Below, in pieces: positions 57,729 through 64,000 of a stretch of 64,000 nt of DNA (its first letter is position 1; each line of letters starts with the position of its first letter). The DNA is from an uncultured Gammaproteobacteria bacterium (GTDB taxonomy: Bacteria > Patescibacteriota > Patescibacteriia > Veblenbacterales > UBA10138), in contig CAYVOI010000001.1 of the NCBI GenBank assembly GCA_964453605.1, positions 804,095 to 868,094 of the forward strand, written 5' to 3'. The translations under genes and the position numbers were made by a program. The notes below the pieces were generated by a model. It ran no database searches, was not told where the DNA came from, and saw nothing but the letters and a program-made list of their open reading frames with translations.

Positions 57729-58493
57729 ATGAAAAAACTATTATTTATTCTACCGGTTTTGATTCTGGTTGGTGCTGGCTGTACTGAGCAGTCTCTCGGC
57801 ACTCTGGATCACAACACAAATGGAATAAGCAATGCTTTAACCCATAGTATTTCTATACAACCCGGCACAGTAGGTTATGAACTAAGTCACCAATCGGACT
57901 ATCCGAGGAAGCAAAACACATCAATAGAAACTGCTACACCAGTGAGTAAATCAACGAGACAAACTATAAAGAAAGTTTACAAATCACCAACTGTACCCGC
58001 CACAGATAACGACGTTTACTGTAATGGTTCATCCTGGACTCCTTGCCCACCTGGACAACAGTTTTACTGCCCACCAGCCGGCAGTGCCCAATGTATAACG
58101 CCACAAGCCATCCAAGCGCCAACGGTAAGTTACCAAGAGAGGTGTATCGAGGACGGCATGAAGTTAATAAAATATCCGGACTATGATCGGTTAAATAAGC
58201 AACAGAGCGCATTGACTAAAGTATCCGAGGGGAAGAAGGCGGACATCACCGCCGACGAGTGGGCTGCACTTACATCGACACAACTTAATGCTATCAATAG
58301 TGGCGACCTAAAATTACTTGAATCTGCTGGTGATGAAGTCGCAGCTGGGGAGAAGTATGCAGATGTCCAGCTTGGACAAATTTCAAATATGACTGAGCAG
58401 ATTGGGGTGATGTGTGGCGCAATCTCAACAGAGGGTCAGATGGTATATGAATTACAGCAGATACAGCAAGCTATAAACAGATTGTCACAATAG
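57729..58493 (+). CDS. Lipoprotein (254 aa) with a Cys-rich segment and a C-terminal coiled coil. Hypothetical.
   Basis: Signal plus lipobox MKKLLFILPVLILVGAGC. YCNGSSWTPCPPGQQFYCPPAGSAQC. Confidence 0.55.
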   Translation: MKKLLFILPVLILVGAGCTEQSLGTLDHNTNGISNALTHSISIQPGTVGYELSHQSDYPRKQNTSIETATPVSKSTRQTIKKVYKSPTVPATDNDVYCNGSSWTPCPPGQQFYCPPAGSAQCITPQAIQAPTVSYQERCIEDGMKLIKYPDYDRLNKQQSALTKVSEGKKADITADEWAALTSTQLNAINSGDLKLLESAGDEVAAGEKYADVQLGQISNMTEQIGVMCGAISTEGQMVYELQQIQQAINRLSQ

Positions 58494-58526
58494 GGTTTAC
58501 TTATTTCACTCTTTTACCACAATCTT

Positions 58527-58790
58527 ATGGGTTACATAGAAGAAAACGGCGAGTACAAGTACAAGCGAACATCGGTTGACGCTTGGGGGTTTGTCATATA
58601 CCTCATACCAGGTGTTATCCTCTACTTCAGTTTCAATCAGTCACTACTCGCCATGTTGGTTTGGTTGGTGGGGTTAGTGGCTTACGGCATATTTTACTGC
58701 ATTGATTACATTGGATTTGTCGGTAGAGACATACATGAGATAAGAAAAACGTTAGATACTATAGCAAATGGTTTGAAGGATAAAAGTTGA
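58527..58790 (+). CDS. Small two-TM membrane protein (87 aa).
   Basis: ORF with two hydrophobic helices. Follows the two lipoprotein genes. Confidence 0.4.
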   Translation: MGYIEENGEYKYKRTSVDAWGFVIYLIPGVILYFSFNQSLLAMLVWLVGLVAYGIFYCIDYIGFVGRDIHEIRKTLDTIANGLKDKS

Positions 58791-58862
58791 GTAGTCTAGG
58801 TGAGTTATCAAAAAACGAGCCTTTGCTCGTTTTTTGATAGCCTCATCGAGGCTACTAAAACA

Positions 58863-59525
58863 TCAGCTAAACGGTCGGGCGCTACCATCACCTGAGTATG
58901 AGAGGTTCTGCATATCCCATAATAGATACGGTATAGCAGACCTCTGCTCATTTGTTGAAACAGAAGTCACTAGATCGGAGATATTACGTGAAAATTCTGA
59001 TCTCCCCTTACCTATAGCCTCGTCTACTGAGTGATCTTTTAGAAGTGAGGTCATGATTAAATTAGATGGACCGAGAAATAGATCTGCTAGTTGGTCCACC
59101 TCAGGACGCGTCCTCTTCTCGAGGGTATAACTCAGGATAAAAGGTTGTTGATAGCCAATATATGCGAAGGCACCTTTAGCTGTACAATTTGGCCCTAAGA
59201 TACTCATTGAACTACAAGCTAATGCATATACAATTTTACCTTCGAGTAAATTCTCATTATCATCAGATACCACCAAAGGTTCGTTATCGTGACCCGTAAC
59301 ACACGTTTCATTGCCATGCCCGTTTAAAAAAACAAGCGACGGCCGCTGTTTAATCAACATACTTTCGAAAGTTTTTCTATTTGCTTTTTTCTTTTCCAAA
59401 TCTAGAACAGTCTTACCCTTCTGCTCTGCAAAATCGACAATCTTTTTTGCCCAAGTTGATAAGTAACGAGTCGCATAATCGTAATCAGGTCTAGTAACAA
59501 GTAAAATACCTCTCATATCATACAT
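58863..59525 (-). CDS. Hypothetical protein with a clan-CD (caspase, metacaspase or CHAT-like) His-Gly...Ala-Cys dyad signature (220 aa).
   Basis: Beta-strand GILLVTRP. LVFLNGHGNETCVTGHD has His in a GHG context after a hydrophobic strand. GKIVYALACSSMS has Cys in an A-C after a hydrophobic strand. The spacing is consistent with the caspase fold. Very AT-rich. Confidence 0.5.
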   Translation of the reverse strand: MYDMRGILLVTRPDYDYATRYLSTWAKKIVDFAEQKGKTVLDLEKKKANRKTFESMLIKQRPSLVFLNGHGNETCVTGHDNEPLVVSDDNENLLEGKIVYALACSSMSILGPNCTAKGAFAYIGYQQPFILSYTLEKRTRPEVDQLADLFLGPSNLIMTSLLKDHSVDEAIGKGRSEFSRNISDLVTSVSTNEQRSAIPYLLWDMQNLSYSGDGSARPFS

Positions 59526-59739
59526 CTTGGTTTTGATACATGAATCCTTCTTTAAGCGCTCTTAGGTAATTTAATTGAACCTCAATGATCTTTTTACCAA
59601 TTTCATCACCTATCCGAATATGCTCAATGATCTGCTCCTTGCTCAAGTCACCATGATCACCAAAAGAAACACCAACCCCTTCCGGCGTGGCTTCAATTCG
59701 AGCTATCACTATCTCTTTTACCTCTTCTTCCCTAGCCAT
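59518..59739 (-). CDS. Small acidic protein (73 aa), translationally coupled to the caspase-like gene.
   Basis: 8-nt overlap with the downstream gene. No family recognised. Confidence 0.45.
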   Translation of the reverse strand: MAREEEVKEIVIARIEATPEGVGVSFGDHGDLSKEQIIEHIRIGDEIGKKIIEVQLNYLRALKEGFMYQNQDV

Positions 59740-59741
59740 AC

Positions 59742-59927
59742 CTATATAAAATTCAACTCGATGAGTTTATTAAATATTTCCTGACCCGAGGGAGTCTCCG
59801 CCTTAATCTCTAAATAAGCAGCATTCCAGGTTATGGGTCCTTTGTCAGGTAAAACCAAGATGACCTCATCCCTTGTGCCAAGGGGTAAGTTCGAGTATAC
59901 CTTCAGAAACCTATCTTTATTCTCCAT
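59742..59927 (-). CDS. Small protein (61 aa), first gene of the three-gene module.
   Basis: The stop is 2 nt before the next start (TAG gt ATG). No family recognised. Confidence 0.45.
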   Translation of the reverse strand: MENKDRFLKVYSNLPLGTRDEVILVLPDKGPITWNAAYLEIKAETPSGQEIFNKLIELNFI

Positions 59928-60300
59928 CGTAGGTTTATCTAAGTATCCTTCCTAGTCTCACCGCAGCCGTTATTATGTAACATTATTATAGAGGTTTTAT
60001 GAAACACTGTCAATCAAATTTCTGCTCGTAGAGTTTGGGGGATTTACAAAAAAATCACAAAATTCCGTCTCACGTCCTCCGGATGAGGAGGGCTGAAAAG
60101 ACGATCGTTTTCATTTTCCACCCACCAACGAGAGGGTTCCAAAATTTTTAGACAACTTTACAACTTAGACCGCTGGTCTGAGGTCACAGGCCTGGAATAT
60201 AGCCTGAAAGGCTAGTATCTCCTGGACTAAGGCGTTCCAGTTTGCTATCATTAGGTCAACCAAATTAAAATCTTCCACATAGACCTAGGTACCTAGGCCA

Positions 60301-61095
60301 ATGTCACCAACGCCCCGCAAGGGGCGTTTGTGTTATGATAGCTGTATGGATTCGATAACTGAAAAAAATCAACAAGCATACGATGATCGCGCCGATGCAT
60401 GGCAGGCGGCTTTAAGCACCAATGTTAGCCATTGGTATTTAGAGAAACCTGCAATGGTTGATCTGCTGCCGCCAACGCTTGTGGGCAAACGGGTGCTCTG
60501 TATAGGTGTCGGTACGGGCGACGAACTAGAGGAGATCTTTCAACGTCACCCCGATTCTGTTGTCGGAATCGATATGTCCGTGAAACTCATGGACATAGCA
60601 AGGGTTAAATTTCCAACTACGGAATTTCAGCAAATGGACATGCTACAGCTAAGATTCCCGGATAAAAGTTTTGACTTCATATACTCAAGCTTAACATTTC
60701 ACTATACAAGAGACTGGGACATACTTCTCGGAGAAGTAAATCGCGTGCTCGTGGATAATGGCGAATTACTTTTTTCTACGCACCATCCGGGGTATTGGGG
60801 TCTCAAGCCAGCGACAGGCAATACTTTTGTTAATCCCCGCGAGGTGCGCACGACCGAGCACACGGCGATTTTACCTGGGCAGGTAGGGATTACTTATTAC
60901 AATCACAAAAATGAAGAAGCCATCAAAGATGCTGTCGAGCATGCTGGTTTTAAGATAGAAGAGGCTTTCGTCCCACTTGTTGTTGAAGTTGCGCTAAGCG
61001 ACTTACCACCTGAACACATCGAGGGTTATAAGGTTTTAAAGACAAGGAACGAGAAAACTCCACTTTTTTATATAGTGAAAGCTCAAAAATTGTAA
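60301..61095 (+). CDS. Class I SAM-dependent methyltransferase.
   Basis: Motif I VLCIGVGTGDELEEIF. Post-I acidic residue (GIDMS). Motif DFIYSSLTFHY. Confidence 0.8.
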   Translation: MSPTPRKGRLCYDSCMDSITEKNQQAYDDRADAWQAALSTNVSHWYLEKPAMVDLLPPTLVGKRVLCIGVGTGDELEEIFQRHPDSVVGIDMSVKLMDIARVKFPTTEFQQMDMLQLRFPDKSFDFIYSSLTFHYTRDWDILLGEVNRVLVDNGELLFSTHHPGYWGLKPATGNTFVNPREVRTTEHTAILPGQVGITYYNHKNEEAIKDAVEHAGFKIEEAFVPLVVEVALSDLPPEHIEGYKVLKTRNEKTPLFYIVKAQKL

Positions 61096-61464
61096 GCATC
61101 ACTCGAATCCGTACAATCGCTATCGTTCATTGCAGCCATTGAGTTGGAATCACAATTTTTCCGGGGCCTTTCATAATCCTGGTTGCAATAACGTCCACGA
61201 TGCCCAACCAAAGCAAAGCGCCTCACCGCATGGTGGGGCGGTTTGCTTTCTGGTGTGCTAGAGTGAGCGAGTGAACTGCTTCACTCGCGTTGGGATTCGA
61301 ACGCCGGAGCGATGCCCAGCCAGCTGGCGGGGCCGCGAGGCGGTGGCTAGCCCGACGAGCACGGCGGTGCGAGGAGAGGCAAAGCCGAAGCCCCTAAAAT
61401 AAAACCTTTCACTGGATAGTCTGGACGTAGCAAGCATCATATGGTATAAGCAATAGGCAACTAT

Positions 61465-61541
61465 GGCAGGGTAGCTCAGTTGGTTAGAGCGAGGGACTCA
61501 TAAGCCCTAGGTCGTGGGTTCGATTCCCACCCCTGCTACCA
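61465..61541 (+). tRNA. tRNA-Met (anticodon CAT; elongator Met or Ile2 type), CCA encoded.
   Basis: GGCAGGG-TA-GCTC-AGTTGGTTA-GAGC-G-AGGGA-CTCATAA-GCCCT-AGGTC-GTGGG-TTCGATT-CCCAC-CCCTGCT-A-CCA. G1-U72 wobble. One A-G at 31:39. Confidence 0.8.
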
Positions 61542-61706
61542 GAGCACAGAACCTCATGGCACACGCTATGGGGTTGTGTGCTGTTATTAATGGCTAAGTT
61601 GAGGCACAAAGTACTACCTTTCAACAGCTACCAGTAGCACCAGGCCGGAAAAATTGCTATCCTAAAGCCACCTGAAACTGAAGGTATCTGAAAGGAGGTG
61701 ACGAGT

Positions 61707-61970
61707 ATGATGGCACACAACAAAGGTCTCCACATGGTAACGTGGATTCTCATCATCGTCGGAGGTCTGAACTGGCTCCTGGTTGGGCTGTTCAACTGGG
61801 GTATTGGTAACCTCTTCACCGGATCAGCCATGTGGGTAGCACAGCTTATCTACATCTTGGTGGGACTCTCCGCAATTTACGAAATCGCCACCCACGGTGG
61901 CCGCTGCAAGGAGTGCGAACAAATGGGTAGCAAGCCGATGGGCGGTATGGGTACACCCATGAACTCCTAA
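61707..61970 (+). CDS. DUF378-family small membrane protein.
   Basis: VGGLNWLLVGLFNWGIGNLF...LIYILVGLSAIYEI matches DUF378 (YuzA-like). Perfect SD AAAGGAGG 8 nt upstream of the ATG at 61707 (the track start is a GTG at 61698). Confidence 0.8.
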   Translation: MMAHNKGLHMVTWILIIVGGLNWLLVGLFNWGIGNLFTGSAMWVAQLIYILVGLSAIYEIATHGGRCKECEQMGSKPMGGMGTPMNS

Positions 61971-62061
61971 ACTTGAACTAACTACACCTAACCAGTCCGC
62001 CTCGGGCGGACTGGTTTTGTATAGCGGCCATGCATGGTACCATAGCAAATAACGCGAGCAT

Positions 62062-62511
62062 ATGTACCTGAGCGTTCACACCACTGCCGGCCTCCTCATA
62101 GCGGGTACTACCCAAAACCCAATCTTGGGGTTTGTTGCTGGTTTGGCCTCACACGTCGTGCTCGACCTGGTACCCCACGGTGACGAACTACCGACCCACT
62201 TCACTAGACCACAAGTTCTACGGCGTCTCTTGGGGGCAGCCGTGCTCGATACCACAGTGGCCGCAGTGCTCCTCTTGGTGTACGCAACGGCCGGCCACGC
62301 CTTTAACGTAACCACGCTGGCTACACTGGCCGGCTGCCTGCTACCTGACGCACTTGAAGGCACCTACCTTATCACACAAACCAAGTGGCTGAGCTGGTTC
62401 TCACACCTGCACGGCAAGCTCCACAACTTCACCAAGGTCAAACTCCGCTGGCAAACAGGCATGCTCATCCAGTGCCTCACCCTTACGGCTCTGTGGCTCC
62501 TGGCACTCTAG
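62062..62511 (+). CDS. Membrane-bound metal-dependent hydrolase-like protein (DUF457/YdjM-like).
   Basis: Multi-TM protein with conserved His/Asp (HVVLDLVPHGDE...H..H). The family assignment is tentative. Confidence 0.45.
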   Translation: MYLSVHTTAGLLIAGTTQNPILGFVAGLASHVVLDLVPHGDELPTHFTRPQVLRRLLGAAVLDTTVAAVLLLVYATAGHAFNVTTLATLAGCLLPDALEGTYLITQTKWLSWFSHLHGKLHNFTKVKLRWQTGMLIQCLTLTALWLLAL

Positions 62512-62548
62512 CGTAAGCGAGCAAAGCGGAATCTGGTATACTACACGT

Positions 62549-63883
62549 ATGAAATTGAACCACGCCCCCAAAGCCTGGGTTGTAGCTGTGGACATGGGCT
62601 ACGGCCATGAACGCGCGGCCTATGGCCTTAAAGAACTCTCCTACGGCCCGGTACTCATCGCCAACAACTACCCCGGCATTCCCAAAGCGGAACGCCAGCA
62701 CTGGACTGAGCTCAGGAAGCTCTACGAAACGGTATCGCGCTTTAAGTCCGTACCAGTAGTTGGAAATTTGCTGTTCGACGCCATGGACCAGTTCCAGCAG
62801 ATTGAGCTGTTCTACCCCAGGCGCGACCTCAGTGCCCCCAACCTGCAGCTCAAGCAAACCTACAGCCTCATTCGCAAAGGCTTGGGCCGTCACCTCATCG
62901 AGCTCGCCCAAAAACACCCCCTACCCCTAGTAGCTACGTTCTTCCAAGCTGCCTTCGCCGCCGAGGAGCTCGACTACCCGAACGACATTTACTGCGTGAT
63001 TTGTGACGCTGACTGCAGCCGCACCTGGGCGCCCCTGAACCCCCACCAGAGCCGTATTAAGTACTTCGCACCGAACGGCAGAGTGGTCGAACGCCTGAAG
63101 CTCTACGGTGTCAGGCCCGAGAACATCTACCTCACTGGTTTTCCCCTCCCCAAGGAGCTCATCGGCGGGCCCAAAATACCGGTTATCAAGCGCGACCTGT
63201 CCCGGAGGCTTCAGAACTTGGACCCGAAAGGTATTTTCGATGATAAATATGGCAGCACGGTAGCAAGGTACCTTGGGAAAAATTGGCGGAACCTAGACCA
63301 CAAGCACCCACTAACCGTAACCTTTTCTTTAGGTGGGGCTGGTGCGCAGCGCAACCTGGCCCTCCAGGTAGCCGAAAGCCTTGGCACTAAAATAGCCCAG
63401 GGGAAAATTCGCCTGAACATTGTAACCGGCACACACCACGACGCGCTGCTCTACTACCGCCAGGGTATCAAAGACCTGCATCTCAACAAGTACCTCGGTG
63501 GCTACCTAAACATTGTGCACCAAAAAAGTAGGAACGAGTACTTCCTGCAGTTTAGTGAACTACTCCACACTACCGATATTCTCTGGACCAAACCGTCAGA
63601 ACTTTCCTTCTACACTGGCCTTGGGCTCCCCATTATCGTTGCTCCACCCATAGGCAGCCAAGAGCAGTTCAACAAACTGTGGCTGCAGAACGTGGGCGGT
63701 GGCATAACCCAGAACGACCCCCGCTACACCGACGAATGGCTCTTCGACTGGGTGGAATCAGGTGGTCTGGCTCGCACGGCTTGGAACGGTTTTCTCGAGG
63801 CCCCCACTCACGGCGCTTACCGCATAGATAGCCTGATCACGGGTAAAAAGGTTGAGCTTGAACAACTGCCGCTAATTGTGTAA
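62549..63883 (+). CDS. GT-B fold glycosyltransferase of the GT28 (MurG / MGDG-synthase-like) type.
   Basis: N-terminal VAVDMGYGHERAA (G.GH..AA as in MurG/MGDG synthase). C-domain TFSLGGAGAQ (compare MurG GGSQGA) and TGLGLPIIVAPP. Confidence 0.5.
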   Translation: MKLNHAPKAWVVAVDMGYGHERAAYGLKELSYGPVLIANNYPGIPKAERQHWTELRKLYETVSRFKSVPVVGNLLFDAMDQFQQIELFYPRRDLSAPNLQLKQTYSLIRKGLGRHLIELAQKHPLPLVATFFQAAFAAEELDYPNDIYCVICDADCSRTWAPLNPHQSRIKYFAPNGRVVERLKLYGVRPENIYLTGFPLPKELIGGPKIPVIKRDLSRRLQNLDPKGIFDDKYGSTVARYLGKNWRNLDHKHPLTVTFSLGGAGAQRNLALQVAESLGTKIAQGKIRLNIVTGTHHDALLYYRQGIKDLHLNKYLGGYLNIVHQKSRNEYFLQFSELLHTTDILWTKPSELSFYTGLGLPIIVAPPIGSQEQFNKLWLQNVGGGITQNDPRYTDEWLFDWVESGGLARTAWNGFLEAPTHGAYRIDSLITGKKVELEQLPLIV

Positions 63884-64000
63884 TGTGGGAAATAAAAAAC
63901 TCAACCGGAATTGTCCAGTTGAGTTCTTAATTTCTTTGACCAAGCTAGATAAAGGCTAAACCGGTGGCTAGTAAAACAAGTTCGAGCATTGATAAGCTGT

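Larger units (their letters stand above)
51568..61541. mobile_element. Putative ~10-kb integrative (possibly replicative) element inserted between tRNA-fMet and tRNA-Met. It encodes a serine recombinase, primase-helicase, regulators and cargo, with AT-richer composition.
   Basis: The recombinase gene overlaps the tRNA. GC falls to about 40-45% across 56000-61000 against about 57% in the flanks. Replication and recombination genes are present. Flanking tRNAs share aggtcgtgggttcga[a/t]tcccacccc. The right boundary is not defined. Confidence 0.5.

Noticed and set aside
61258-61440. 60-aa minus-strand ORF in the GC-rich spacer.
   Set aside because: Arg/Ser-rich low-complexity product within a region full of hairpins. 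No start context.
1-64000. Search for CRISPR arrays, rRNA genes and IS elements.
   Set aside because: No regularly spaced short direct repeats, no rRNA-like conserved stretches and no transposase-like ORF were seen. The only mobile element signal is the recombinase/primase island.

Overview
The window is a gene-dense, roughly 55-60% GC bacterial segment. Its gene order looks monoderm or Terrabacteria-like, with pth-mfd, rpsU-yqeY, ybeY-dgkA and ftsA-ftsZ pairs and a strong GGAGG Shine-Dalgarno at one gene. Huge InlB-B-repeat surface proteins make a streamlined Patescibacteria/CPR-like or related lineage plausible, but the lineage cannot be decided from sequence alone.

About the ORF track: its starts use ATG, GTG and TTG and are the longest possible extensions. 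My own coordinates for RNA genes are counted by hand and may be off by 1-2 nt.

The window falls into three blocks:

1. Positions 1-35100, mostly minus strand.
- Two tandem secreted surface-protein genes (one partial, one of 991 aa).
- htrA.
- A 500-bp GC-rich non-coding block with strong hairpins. It is a candidate structured RNA, with weak and ordered resemblance to RNase P RNA on the minus strand.
- ridA, a P-loop kinase, and the nrdR-nrdA-nrdB operon.
- A secreted protein that appears frameshift-split from a C-terminal tandem-repeat module.
- An RDD membrane protein and ftsA-ftsZ.
- The cluster rpsU-yqeY-[3527-aa giant surface protein + two paralogous TSP3-like calcium-repeat membrane proteins]-ybeY-dgkA.
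- hisS, lepB and tRNA-Val, plus a decayed tRNA-like fragment.

2. Positions 35300-51450, mostly plus strand: LCP, der, pth, mfd, dprA, topA, a short relA/spoT, a VOC protein, parB-parA, tRNA-Leu, and an RBBP9/YdeN-type hydrolase.

3. Positions 51568-61541, the most interesting part. It is an AT-richer block of about 10 kb bracketed by tRNA-fMet and tRNA-Met genes that share a 25-nt near-identical 3' segment.
- A large serine recombinase gene overlaps the 3' half of tRNA-fMet.
- A Prim-Pol/AAA primase-helicase sits next to an iteron-like array of TTGCCAAA repeats and two long palindromes.
- A small basic Cys-rich protein and an HTH protein.
- Two lipoproteins, one of them a trypsin-like S1 protease.
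- A translationally coupled three-gene module: two tiny proteins plus a 220-aa protein with a clan-CD (caspase-like) His-Gly...Ala-Cys signature. This is a candidate new defence or toxin module.
- A SAM methyltransferase.

Downstream of the island lie a GC-rich structured intergenic region, a DUF378 protein, a membrane hydrolase and a GT28-like glycosyltransferase. No CRISPR array, rRNA or obvious IS element was seen.
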